Source: Deferribacterales bacterium
GTDB taxonomy: Bacteria; Chrysiogenota; Deferribacteres; Deferribacterales; Geovibrionaceae
Assembly (NCBI GenBank): GCA_050251875.1
Contig: JBFWMA010000002.1
Location: forward strand, 342,606 to 406,605
Direction of reading: 5' to 3'
DNA length: 64,000 bases
Of the stretch, positions 18,578 to 28,006 are shown one piece after another. The stretch's first letter is position 1; every line of letters starts with the position of its first letter. The notes below the pieces were generated by a model that saw only the letters and a list, made by a program, of their open reading frames with translations, ran no database searches and was not told where the DNA came from. The translations under genes and the position numbers were made by a program.

Positions 18578-19166
18578 TTTTCCTCTCCTCGCCTCTGACA
18601 ATTCTCTGAAGATTACTTCTATGGAGATATATTATTAACAGAGCAATGACAATAGTAAAATACTTCAGGTGTGTCCAGTCTGAGCCGTACCACACCATCG
18701 CCGCCAGGAATATCACGGCGGTGACTGAGCTGAGCGATACCATACGGAAAACGGCAAGAACAGCGGCGAACACCACAGCCGCCACCATCAGCTCTGACGG
18801 AGCGAGGGCTATGAATATCCCCAGCCCTGTGGCGACACCTTTTCCGCCCTTGAACCCGAGAAAAATCGTGTAGCTGTGACCGATGATAACCGCCACAGCG
18901 CCCAGAAGAACGAAATCATGATATCCGTACACGGTTTTCAGCACGATGACGGGGACGAATCCTTTCAGAGCGTCAGCCAGCAGAACGGTGATAAAGCCCC
19001 ATTTGCCCAGAACTCTGGCGGCGTTACTGGCGCCCACGTTTCCACTGCCCACTGTGCGGATGTCTATCCCTTTCAGTTTCTTCACCAGAATATAGGCGGT
19101 GGGAAAAGAACCGATGATGTAACAGAAAAAAATGATACCAACAGCTAACATAATATCAACTATCAT
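18558..19166 (-). CDS. plsY: Glycerol-3-phosphate acyltransferase PlsY
   Basis: GSGNVGASN, DALKG, FKGGKGVATGLG and HRSNL motifs. Confidence 0.96.
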   Translation of the reverse strand: MIVDIMLAVGIIFFCYIIGSFPTAYILVKKLKGIDIRTVGSGNVGASNAARVLGKWGFITVLLADALKGFVPVIVLKTVYGYHDFVLLGAVAVIIGHSYTIFLGFKGGKGVATGLGIFIALAPSELMVAAVVFAAVLAVFRMVSLSSVTAVIFLAAMVWYGSDWTHLKYFTIVIALLIIYLHRSNLQRIVRGEERKIGKRTS

Positions 19167-20245
19167 TTATTCACCAGCCTCTTATGCAGCCACGACCTCT
19201 GGAGCCCGACAGCGTCCGATTCGCAGACCTCGTGACAGCAGTAACATTCTATACATTTCTTTTTATCTATAACAGGATAGCTGTCTGAGACAGTGATGGC
19301 GTCCACTGGACAGCTTTTCAGGCAGAGCATGCATTTTATGCAGGATTCTTTTATTATCAGCGGTTTGACATAAACCTGTTCCGCCACCAGTTTTTTCAGA
19401 AACGGAGGTACATAAAGCCTTCTGGACAGAGGTATTTTCACCAGAGCAACATTGGCGGCGGGAGTCTCTATGCCGGATATGTCATATCCGTCGTTGATAG
19501 CGGCAAGATTAGTCAGGCAGAAGGAATCCTTAAGCCCCACCATGCGTGTGACGGAGATATCCAGAGCCACGGAATCGCTGGAAGCCGCCGCTATGCCGAG
19601 ATGCACAGGCGTCCCCCGTGACGGACCGTCACCCTCGTGGGCGAGTATGCCGTCCAGAATATTCATGGTTTTGTGTCCCAGAATGGTGAAATAGGAATAT
19701 ATCTTTTCCGCCAGTATCTTATCAGCGGGATATGATCTGTGAAAACCGACTTTTACGCTTCCGGGGATCAGCCCGAAAAGATTTTTGACAGATAATGTAA
19801 GCCCGGTCAGGGAGTGTGTTTTGAGTTTCGGCAGGTTGAGGATGATATCGACCTGATCTGCCAGAGAAGAATACAGAAAGCCGTTCACGGTCACAGGCTC
19901 GAATGACTCCACCCGAACGGTCTTAACCCCGTTCTCTTCCGCCGCCCTGCCGATGCCTGTTACGTCCAGCACCTTTTCGTATTTACCGAAATTAGCTCCG
20001 GGACTGTCTCCCAGCCACAGTTCAGCGTCAGTATATTTTTTCAGTGATGTGATTACGGCGCGCACAAAGTCAGGGTGTGTTGTGACAGCCCTGTCCGGCG
20101 GTGTCGCGGATAAAAGATTGGGCTTAATAAGAATGCGTTTCGCCTCTTTCAGCCTGTCTTTTTCTGACTCAAAATAATTTTCAATCAGCTCTTTCAGGGC
20201 TTCGTCCTGATAGCTTCCGCATTGAGCGGTAAAAACCTTATGCAT
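19163..20245 (-). CDS. DUF362 protein with C-terminal 2x[4Fe-4S] domain
   Basis: IKPNL, VTTHP, PKLKTH, VKNLFG and two CxxCxxCxxxC motifs. Confidence 0.9.
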   Translation of the reverse strand: MHKVFTAQCGSYQDEALKELIENYFESEKDRLKEAKRILIKPNLLSATPPDRAVTTHPDFVRAVITSLKKYTDAELWLGDSPGANFGKYEKVLDVTGIGRAAEENGVKTVRVESFEPVTVNGFLYSSLADQVDIILNLPKLKTHSLTGLTLSVKNLFGLIPGSVKVGFHRSYPADKILAEKIYSYFTILGHKTMNILDGILAHEGDGPSRGTPVHLGIAAASSDSVALDISVTRMVGLKDSFCLTNLAAINDGYDISGIETPAANVALVKIPLSRRLYVPPFLKKLVAEQVYVKPLIIKESCIKCMLCLKSCPVDAITVSDSYPVIDKKKCIECYCCHEVCESDAVGLQRSWLHKRLVNK

Positions 20246-20792
20246 GTTCGGAGTTTATAAAGTTCCTGTAGTATATCCAGGCGGAATGAATGGAGAGTAT
20301 CACGGAGAGGTACACCAGCACCTTTCCTATCAGCATTATATCCAGCCCTAAAAGTTCGTTTTTAAATATGATACATCCAACGCCGACCATCTGAAATCCG
20401 GTCTTGATCTTGCCCCCCAGTCCGGCGGCTATCACGAGCCCCTTGCTGGCGGCAAAATTGCGCAGAGCGCTGATGGCGAGGTCTCTGGCGATGAGGATGA
20501 TGACGACTATCCCCTCCAGACGGTTCAGCTCCACAAAAACAACCAGTGCGGACGTAACCAGAACCTTGTCTGCTATGGGGTCTAGTATCTTTCCGAGGTC
20601 TGTCACCAGATTATATTTTCTGGCTATGTAGCCATCCACATAGTCGGTAACGGCGGCTACAGTGTAAATGACTGTGGCTATTACGTTAGTCCAGAACTGC
20701 TCATAGTACATGAGACCAATGAAGACAGGCACCAGCACTATCCGGAATATCGTAAGTCTGTTAGCTATGTTCATCTGATCTGATAAAGACAT
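20238..20792 (-). CDS. pgsA: CDP-diacylglycerol--glycerol-3-phosphate 3-phosphatidyltransferase
   Basis: NRLTIFR and TDYVDGYIAR...GKILDPIADK motifs. Confidence 0.95.
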   Translation of the reverse strand: MSLSDQMNIANRLTIFRIVLVPVFIGLMYYEQFWTNVIATVIYTVAAVTDYVDGYIARKYNLVTDLGKILDPIADKVLVTSALVVFVELNRLEGIVVIILIARDLAISALRNFAASKGLVIAAGLGGKIKTGFQMVGVGCIIFKNELLGLDIMLIGKVLVYLSVILSIHSAWIYYRNFINSEHA

Positions 20793-20889
20793 TGTTTCCC
20801 CTCACAAGCCTGAATTATACAGGCTAAAAAGGTATTAATCCAGCAGTTTCTATCATAATAATAATCTGTTGCGTAAATGTTATAAAATT

Positions 20890-22632
20890 TTAATGAAAGA
20901 ACACACTGCCGCATTTTTCCACTATAAATTCTCTCACCCTGTTCTCTGCGTCCGCCGCCACGGCGCAAGTGTTCAGCTCACGCACCATCTCCTCACAATC
21001 CTTTATTGAGAGTGAGTTAATAATCATCCTCGCCTTAAGGAGCGAAGCGGGGCTCATGCTGAGCGATCTGTAGCCCAGCCCCAGAAGAAGCGGTATATAT
21101 TTCGGTTCGCCGGCGGTCTCTCCGCATACGGTGCACTCTATTCCGGCTTTTTCGGCATTGTCCGCCACTGTTTTCAGCAGTCTGCGCACAGCGGGGTGGC
21201 AGGGTCTGTACAGATACGCCACGTATTCGTTGTTCCTGTCGATGCCTATGGTGTACTGAATCAGGTCGTTGGTGCCTATGCTGAAGAAATCAGCCTCTTT
21301 TGCGATGATGTCGCTGATGACAGCGATGGAAGGAAGCTCTATCATCACGCCTGTCTTGATGTCTTCATTGAACGGCACGCCCTCGGCTCTCAGCTCTTTT
21401 TTGGCGGCTTCCACAGCTTCACGGCACTTGTGAAATTCCTCCATGCCTGAGATCATGGGAAACATAATTCGCACATCTGCCTCGGCTGACACTCTCAGTA
21501 TCGCCCGCAACTGTTTGATAAAGAAATCATAATGTCTCAGCGAATATCTGACGGCTCTAAGCCCCATCGCAGGATTCTTCTCAGACGGGTGCGGCATATA
21601 TTTCGCCAGTTTTTCGGCGCCCAGATCAAAGGTTCTGATAACCAGAGGTTTTCCCATGTTCTGTTCGGCGGCGTCTTTCAGTATGCCGTACTGGGTCTCC
21701 TCGTCCACGTTTCCGTGTTGCATGTATATGTATTCGGTGCGGTAAAGTCCCACGCCGGATGATCTGTATTCGTTGGATAGATAAAATTCGCTGTTCAGCT
21801 CTATGTTGCTGTAGAGGTTGACTGTTACGCCGTCCAGCGTCACAGAATCCTCGTCCTTGTGCCTCGCCAGCTCACGGATATATTCGGCGTATCTGCCGTC
21901 TTTCTGCCTGTATTTCTGTATGGTCTCACGGTCGGGATCGATTATCACGATGCCCTCGAACCCGTCTATGATGATGAAATCACCGGTGTCTGCGACCTCT
22001 GTCACATCACCAAGCCCCACCACGGCTGGAATCTCCAGCGAGCGGGCAAGGATGGACGTATGGGCGGTTCTGCTCCCCAGATCGGTAACGAACCCTCTTA
22101 TGTTCTTTTTATTCATATAGGCGGTGTCTGAGGGGCTCAGATCGTGCGCTATCACTATTTCGGAGCTTCCGGCGCTCAGTATGGCGTCAGGTCCTTTTCC
22201 TGTCATGAACCGCAGAATCTTCTGCACTATGCTCTCTATGTCCGAGCGTCTCTCACGGAGATACTCATTGGCGGATTTATCGAACTGAGCTGTCAGTCTG
22301 CCGCAGGACATAGTCAGAGCGTATTCGGCATTTACCAGATTTTCTTTTATGATATTTTCTGCCTCGCCTATGAGCATATTGTCACGGAGAAGCATCAGAT
22401 AAATGTCGAAGATGAAAGAAAGATCATCTGTCAGGTCGTCTTTGCTGATATTTTTTGAGTTTTCGATGAATTCGGCTGTACTTTCAACAGCGAATTTAAG
22501 CCTGTTGAGCTCCGCAGGTATCTCGATCGGTTTTATGGAGCGTCTGCGGACAGGAAGTTTTTTTCTGTCCACCACACGGCAGACTCCGAGAGATATGCCG
22601 TCACTGGCGGGGATTCCGGTGAGGATTTTCAA
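20890..22632 (-). CDS. ptsI: PTS enzyme I
   Basis: GSRTAHTSILAR phospho-His motif, GVGLYRTE, NPAMGLR, FSIGTNDL, CGE; no N-terminal GAF domain. Confidence 0.95.
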   Translation of the reverse strand: MKILTGIPASDGISLGVCRVVDRKKLPVRRRSIKPIEIPAELNRLKFAVESTAEFIENSKNISKDDLTDDLSFIFDIYLMLLRDNMLIGEAENIIKENLVNAEYALTMSCGRLTAQFDKSANEYLRERRSDIESIVQKILRFMTGKGPDAILSAGSSEIVIAHDLSPSDTAYMNKKNIRGFVTDLGSRTAHTSILARSLEIPAVVGLGDVTEVADTGDFIIIDGFEGIVIIDPDRETIQKYRQKDGRYAEYIRELARHKDEDSVTLDGVTVNLYSNIELNSEFYLSNEYRSSGVGLYRTEYIYMQHGNVDEETQYGILKDAAEQNMGKPLVIRTFDLGAEKLAKYMPHPSEKNPAMGLRAVRYSLRHYDFFIKQLRAILRVSAEADVRIMFPMISGMEEFHKCREAVEAAKKELRAEGVPFNEDIKTGVMIELPSIAVISDIIAKEADFFSIGTNDLIQYTIGIDRNNEYVAYLYRPCHPAVRRLLKTVADNAEKAGIECTVCGETAGEPKYIPLLLGLGYRSLSMSPASLLKARMIINSLSIKDCEEMVRELNTCAVAADAENRVREFIVEKCGSVFFH

Positions 22633-22901
22633 CGTTCTTCACCGAACCTGTTGCGAACCAGTTCTTCCAGAGCGGATACGGCGTGTTCCTCGTCCTCTCC
22701 GTTTATGATGACGGTGATGACGGATCCTTTGAATGCCGCCAGCATCATCAGTCCCATGATGCTCTTGCCGTTCACGTCCATTCCGTCTCTGGAAACCTTG
22801 ATTTCTGACTTAAATTTTTCCGCTGTTTTAACGAACGCTCCGGCTGCTCTTGCGTGCATGCCCAGCTCGTTCACTATTTCCAGTTCTTTAGTAATACTCA
22901 T
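22629..22901 (-). CDS. ptsH: Phosphocarrier HPr
   Basis: GMHARAA (His15) and NGKSIMGLMML (Ser46 region). Confidence 0.96.
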   Translation of the reverse strand: MSITKELEIVNELGMHARAAGAFVKTAEKFKSEIKVSRDGMDVNGKSIMGLMMLAAFKGSVITVIINGEDEEHAVSALEELVRNRFGEER

Positions 22902-23600
22902 CTAAGCTCCTGTAATAAAAAGGAAGAATCCTGTTAATATCATATTGATTACCAGCCCCAGCACTATATCCAGCTTCTTCGCCAGAGCCATTCCCGTAAG
23001 CACATAAACAGTGAGGATGCCCAGAACTACAGAATCGAAGTCCGAGCAGGATTTAGCCAGATATGACAGCATGATACCGAAGAAGAAAGCGGAGGCCACA
23101 TCGAAATACATGGGCCATCTGTTAAAGCCTATCCTGTTGAAAAAGACGATAACCTCTTTTCCCAGAGCATATCCTATGCTGTATCCGGCGAAACGGAATA
23201 TAAGATGGAACGAATTATAGAAAACAAGATAAACAATAAGCCCGAGCCACGGGTTATAAAGCCCCGCAATGGCGGCGATGACGAAGCTCAGAGGTCTGAG
23301 CGAATGCCAGAAAAAACTGTCGCCGAAAGCGCCGAAAGCGGACGAATAGGTTTTTTTATAAAAATCCTCCTCGCCGTTCTGCTCGAACTCTTTTACCCAG
23401 ACTCCGGCTATGAAATTAACCAGATAGGGATGGGTGTGAAAATACGCTGTCTGCTCAAATACTTTCTTAACCTCAAGACTGATGCCGTTCAGCGCCGCCG
23501 CCTTGCGTATCAGAAAGGCGAATCCTGTTCCCTGCATATTCTCGTGGTTCATGTTCGCCTGATAAAACAGGCTGAAAAATCCGACTATCAGGCTTTTCAT
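22902..23600 (-). CDS. PTS mannose-class IID component (divergent)
   Basis: ENMQGTGF, HTHPY and GDSFFW motifs; follows IIC. Confidence 0.85.
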   Translation of the reverse strand: MKSLIVGFFSLFYQANMNHENMQGTGFAFLIRKAAALNGISLEVKKVFEQTAYFHTHPYLVNFIAGVWVKEFEQNGEEDFYKKTYSSAFGAFGDSFFWHSLRPLSFVIAAIAGLYNPWLGLIVYLVFYNSFHLIFRFAGYSIGYALGKEVIVFFNRIGFNRWPMYFDVASAFFFGIMLSYLAKSCSDFDSVVLGILTVYVLTGMALAKKLDIVLGLVINMILTGFFLFITGA

Positions 23601-24247
23601 AATATCACCCATCCTGTGAGAAGCCCCAGCATGAACAGAGCGTATTTGAAATAAGTCTTAGCGGACAGAAACCTCAGTATGTAGCCTGTCAGAAAAACGA
23701 ATATCATCAGGCAGAACAGATAAAAATTGAGGTGATAGTCTATGTGTCCGTGTATGAGATAATAAATCTGAAGCACAAGATATGTACCCAGACTGTAGAA
23801 TATTACTCCTCTGAGAAAAGAAAAACCCATGCCCAGCATGAGCAGACGCAGGGGATATATTCTGCCCCTCTTCTGCTGACGCACATACAGCGCCTTGTTG
23901 AACGATCTGGTGATGTGCAGGGTCATGGTGACCGGATACATCATCAGAAGCACCAGAAGAAAAATCAGAATATACTGAGGCAGATGGTCGCAGGGAAGCA
24001 GTGTCAGAAGACAGCAGGCGGCAAAAGCCCCGAAAGAATCCTCCTTCGGTATGCGTGTGCCGAAAGGAACGTCCACCAGCCCGATCGCCTCGAAAATGAT
24101 TCCGACATAAAAACACTCTATGGTGTTTCCGAAAAGCAGACCGAGGACGAAGGATATGACTATAGGTCTGGACAGCATCAGATTGAACGCGGCGAAACGA
24201 TCCACAGAGATCACGCCGGCATATAATACTGCCAGAGCTATATTCAC
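23597..24247 (-). CDS. PTS mannose-class IIC component (short, divergent)
   Basis: Hydrophobic, SRPIV motif, between IIB and IID. Confidence 0.75.
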   Translation of the reverse strand: MNIALAVLYAGVISVDRFAAFNLMLSRPIVISFVLGLLFGNTIECFYVGIIFEAIGLVDVPFGTRIPKEDSFGAFAACCLLTLLPCDHLPQYILIFLLVLLMMYPVTMTLHITRSFNKALYVRQQKRGRIYPLRLLMLGMGFSFLRGVIFYSLGTYLVLQIYYLIHGHIDYHLNFYLFCLMIFVFLTGYILRFLSAKTYFKYALFMLGLLTGWVIL

Positions 24248-24735
24248 AGATTACCCTCCAGAATATCGTGAAAGTTCTTAATCTCTACACTGGGCTCCCA
24301 AGCCACTTTGTGTATAAACACTTCGTATTTCTCTCTTATCTCGCAGACCTTATTAATCTCTTCGGGATTAAGAAAAACAGTGTTGGAAACCTCTATCTTA
24401 TGCTCACGGCTGGCAACACAGCCTATATTCACATACACGTCATCAGAGATTATATTTTTGATCTTATACAGGTCGTCCACACTCTCTAAAATCACCAGAA
24501 CATAGTCTTTCTTGTATCTTTCAGACCGGAACGAGGCGATAAACTCTTCAAGAGTCAGCACGGAAATCTCAGTTCCGGGCGGAAGTGTGCTGCTGTATAT
24601 CATCTTTTGCAGAGGGTTTGACGCCACTCTGTCATTAACCAGAATGATATGGTTGATTTTAAAGTGCTTTATCCAGCCCTCTATCACCTGTCCGTGTATC
24701 AGTCTGTCGTCTACCCGGAAGATTATCTTTTTCAT
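24244..24735 (-). CDS. PTS mannose-class IIB component
   Basis: RVDDRLIHGQV motif. Confidence 0.92.
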   Translation of the reverse strand: MKKIIFRVDDRLIHGQVIEGWIKHFKINHIILVNDRVASNPLQKMIYSSTLPPGTEISVLTLEEFIASFRSERYKKDYVLVILESVDDLYKIKNIISDDVYVNIGCVASREHKIEVSNTVFLNPEEINKVCEIREKYEVFIHKVAWEPSVEIKNFHDILEGNL

Positions 24736-25136
24736 GCCTTCCCTTTCATCAGCTGTCCTGCCACTATGATGCTGTTTTTGCCTGATTCGGCGCAGTCTTC
24801 GCAGATGGCTGTGAGCGATTTATGCTCTTTTCTGGCGCTGATAGCTTTTATCAGCATGGGCAGATTCACCCCGGACACAACTTCCATATTTTTTGTGCCG
24901 AGATACGCCATGGATATGTTAGAGGGGCTGCCGCCGAACATATCGGTGAAAATGATAACCCCGTCAGACTCATATTTATCTATTGCTTTTTCAATGCTGT
25001 CGGCGATGTCTGTGAGAGAGGAGCCCTCCAGCATGGAGATTGATTCCAGACATTCCTGTTTGCCTACTATCATTTCCGCTGATTTAATCAGTTCTTCTCC
25101 GAAGAGACCGTGTGTTACAGCTATTATTCCGATCAT
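24732..25136 (-). CDS. PTS mannose-class IIA component
   Basis: VTHG, TDMFGGSPSN and GVNLPML motifs. Confidence 0.93.
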   Translation of the reverse strand: MIGIIAVTHGLFGEELIKSAEMIVGKQECLESISMLEGSSLTDIADSIEKAIDKYESDGVIIFTDMFGGSPSNISMAYLGTKNMEVVSGVNLPMLIKAISARKEHKSLTAICEDCAESGKNSIIVAGQLMKGKA

Positions 25137-25140
25137 TTGA

Positions 25141-26004
25141 TCACCTGTTGATATCCCTGTGTCTGATATTTACTTTATTTTTTGAGCTTTCCGCAAGATA
25201 TTTAGCGATATCTTCGGTCAGAGCTACCGATCTGTGCTTTCCTCCGGTGCACCCGATGGAAATGGTCAGGTATTTTTTGCCTTCCCGTATAAAGTTTGGG
25301 ATGAGAAATCCCAACATCTCCTTAGTGTGCATGAGAAAAAGCTCAGCATTCGTATCGGACAGCACATAGTCACGCACCTGGTCGTCCAGCCCTGTTTTTT
25401 CCCTGAGTTCCTCTATGAAAAAGGGATTCTTCATAAAACGCACATCAAAAACGAGGTCGGAATCCAGCGGCAGACCGTATTTGAACCCGAAAGACTGGAC
25501 GGTTATCACCAGCCCGGAGTCAGCGTCCACAGAGAAAAAATCCTCCAGACGTTTTTTCAGGTCATGCACGTTCAGCTGTGATGTATCAATGGACATGTCA
25601 GCGTATTCCCTGATAGGCCACAACTTTTCTTTTTCCGCCTGAATGGCTTCCGGGAGATTCTCTCCCATGGGGTGCCTGCGTCTTGTCTCTTTATACCTTT
25701 TCACCAGAACATCTTCAGAAGCATGGAGAAAAACCACTTTGGCGCTGTATTTTTCCTGAAGCACCTTGATTTTCTCAATGGCGGCGTCTATGTTCTTGGT
25801 CCGGCTGTCGATAACGAGGGCAACTTTGTTCAGCTCATTTTCATACACAAGCATAAGCTCAACAAATTTGTCCAGAAGGCGCAGAGGAAGGTTGTCTATG
25901 GTGTAATAGCCGAGATCCTCCAGAGTCGCTGCGGCAACGGATTTTCCTCCGCCTGAGAGACCTGTCAGAACGATAAGGGATTTATCGTGTTCAGAACTCA
26001 TCAT
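25141..26004 (-). CDS. rapZ: RapZ/YvcJ P-loop protein
   Basis: TGLSGGGKS, DNLP, ETRRRHP, SFGFKYG and GCTGGKHRSV motifs. Confidence 0.95.
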   Translation of the reverse strand: MMSSEHDKSLIVLTGLSGGGKSVAAATLEDLGYYTIDNLPLRLLDKFVELMLVYENELNKVALVIDSRTKNIDAAIEKIKVLQEKYSAKVVFLHASEDVLVKRYKETRRRHPMGENLPEAIQAEKEKLWPIREYADMSIDTSQLNVHDLKKRLEDFFSVDADSGLVITVQSFGFKYGLPLDSDLVFDVRFMKNPFFIEELREKTGLDDQVRDYVLSDTNAELFLMHTKEMLGFLIPNFIREGKKYLTISIGCTGGKHRSVALTEDIAKYLAESSKNKVNIRHRDINR

Positions 26005-26993
26005 TCCACTCCTTTGCGTCCCATACGCACGTCAACGGATTCTGAAACCAGCTTTCTGTCCTTGCCTTCCTGAATGGCGCCGAAAAGCCGTTCGGAAAAC
26101 TCTTTCGCCGAATCATAGCCCATTATCTTCAGCAGATGGTTTCTGGCGGCTATCTCCACGATAACAGCCATATTTCGTCCGGCGCTGATGGGCAGGTGAA
26201 TTTTGGGCACTTTCTGCTTCAGTATTTCGTGGTGGAGATTGTCCAGCCCCAGCCTGTCATAGGATGCGGCAGGATCCCAGTCAGAGAACTCTATCACCAG
26301 CTCCAGTTTCTTTCTGAGCCTGATAGCCGCCACTCCGAACATGTCTTTTATGTTTATGATGCCCAGTCCCCTGACCTCCATGTGATACCGGAGAACATCG
26401 GAGCTGGAGCCTTCCAGATAGTCCTGAATACGTTTGAAACGGACAGCGTCATCCGCCACCAGCCTGTGACCTCTTTTGATGAGCTCCACGGCGCACTCGC
26501 TCTTGCCTATGCCGCTTCGCCCTGTGATCAGCACGCCTATGCCGAAAACATCCATGAAAACACCGTGGCACACAGTGTCTGGCGCCAGTCTGTCTTCCAG
26601 ATAGACTGATATTTCGGTGATGGTATCGGAGCTGATTTTATCCGTTTTCATTAATGGGATATTATAGAGTTTGCAGGCATCGGAGAGTTCCTGCGGAGTG
26701 TGAAGGTTTTTTGTTACAACGAAACAGCAGGCGTTTTTTCTGCAAAAAGCGTCCAGAGACGCCATGCGTTCTGCCGACGGCAGCTTCCAGAGGTATGATA
26801 TTTCGGTGTTTCCGAGTATCTGAACACGCCCGGAGTGGATGTGGTCGCAGTAGCCCGCAAGAGCAAGCCCCGGCTTTTGAATCCGGTAATGGGTGATGTA
26901 CCTGTCATCAACTAGTTTTTTGCCGTATATGAGTTTTAGTCCGAGATGATCCGCATCGTCAGACAAAAGCTCGGCAACAGGCACCTGTTTCAT
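26001..26993 (-). CDS. hprK: HPr(Ser) kinase/phosphorylase
   Basis: GRSGIGKSE, LVADD and MEVRGLGII motifs. Confidence 0.96.
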   Translation of the reverse strand: MKQVPVAELLSDDADHLGLKLIYGKKLVDDRYITHYRIQKPGLALAGYCDHIHSGRVQILGNTEISYLWKLPSAERMASLDAFCRKNACCFVVTKNLHTPQELSDACKLYNIPLMKTDKISSDTITEISVYLEDRLAPDTVCHGVFMDVFGIGVLITGRSGIGKSECAVELIKRGHRLVADDAVRFKRIQDYLEGSSSDVLRYHMEVRGLGIINIKDMFGVAAIRLRKKLELVIEFSDWDPAASYDRLGLDNLHHEILKQKVPKIHLPISAGRNMAVIVEIAARNHLLKIMGYDSAKEFSERLFGAIQEGKDRKLVSESVDVRMGRKGVE

Positions 26994-27457
26994 CCCAGAT
27001 TAGCTTCCTCCTCTTTCAGAACAGCAAGTATCTCAGCCGGTGTCATTTCCTTAGCCATCACACGGGTTTTGAATTCTGTCAGCTTAACCAGACGGCTGAG
27101 CTTTGCCAGTGTTTTCAGATGAAGGTTCATCTGTTTTTCCGGCGACAGAAGAGCGAAAAACAGCTTAACAGGCTGGTTGTCCGAAGCCTGATATTCTATG
27201 CCGTTTCTGCTGATACCCATCACGATGATGATGTCTTCAATATCGGGCAGTTTAGCGTGCGGTATAGCCACCTGCTCGCCCACTCCCGTGCTTCCCAGAG
27301 ACTCCCTCTCCGCCAGAGCGGAGAGGGCTGTCGCTGCGTTATCTATTTTTCCTGATTTGAAAGCCGTATCGGCGAGTTCCTTTAAAACACCCTCTTTCGT
27401 GGATGCGGACAGCTCGCTTATAATACAATTTTCGTCAATATGCTCAGTCAGTTCCAT
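26990..27457 (-). CDS. ptsN: PTS EIIA-Ntr-like protein
   Basis: RESLGSTGVG and AIPH motifs; rpoN-hpf context. Confidence 0.9.
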   Translation of the reverse strand: MELTEHIDENCIISELSASTKEGVLKELADTAFKSGKIDNAATALSALAERESLGSTGVGEQVAIPHAKLPDIEDIIIVMGISRNGIEYQASDNQPVKLFFALLSPEKQMNLHLKTLAKLSRLVKLTEFKTRVMAKEMTPAEILAVLKEEEANLG

Positions 27458-27464
27458 GCCTGAC

Positions 27465-28004
27465 TTATGCCTCTATCAGACCTATGTTGCCGTCATCACG
27501 AACATATACGACAGCTATCTGGTTGTCTTCAGAGTTTCTGAAAACGAAGAACTGCTTGTTCAGCAGGTCCATCTGCATAACTGCCTCTTCCACGTCCATA
27601 GGTTTCACAGGGATAGATTTTGTTACTATCACTCTGTTGTCCTCATCCATGCTCTCGATGCTGGCTGTGTCGAAAACGTTCAGCTTCAGGGGAGCGTCAA
27701 ACGCCTTGTCCTGAAGTTTTTTGTTTTTCAGCTTCTCTTTGTATTTGACAAGCTGTTTTTCGATCTTATCAGTAGCGAGGTCTAAGGATGCGTACAGGTC
27801 TTCTGATTTTTCAAGACCTTTCATCATCACGCCTTTTGCCGCGATGAGAACTTCGACAATGTGAAGGTTTTTCTGTACTTCAAGAAGCACAGTCGCCTCA
27901 GTTATGTGGTCGAAGTATTTTTCTAACCTGCCGACTTTCTTTTCTGCGTAGGATCTGATGGCATCGGTGATGTCGATATTTCTGGCGGTTATTTGGATTT
28001 GCAT
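27465..28004 (-). CDS. hpf: Long ribosome hibernation promoting factor
   Basis: S30AE N-domain plus C-terminal PMDVEEAVMQM...VVYVRDDG domain. Confidence 0.94.
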   Translation of the reverse strand: MQIQITARNIDITDAIRSYAEKKVGRLEKYFDHITEATVLLEVQKNLHIVEVLIAAKGVMMKGLEKSEDLYASLDLATDKIEKQLVKYKEKLKNKKLQDKAFDAPLKLNVFDTASIESMDEDNRVIVTKSIPVKPMDVEEAVMQMDLLNKQFFVFRNSEDNQIAVVYVRDDGNIGLIEA

Positions 28005-28006
28005 AC

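Noticed and set aside
18558..18620. FMN riboswitch upstream of the rib genes
   Set aside because: ribD overlaps plsY, leaving no leader, and no FMN aptamer motifs were seen.
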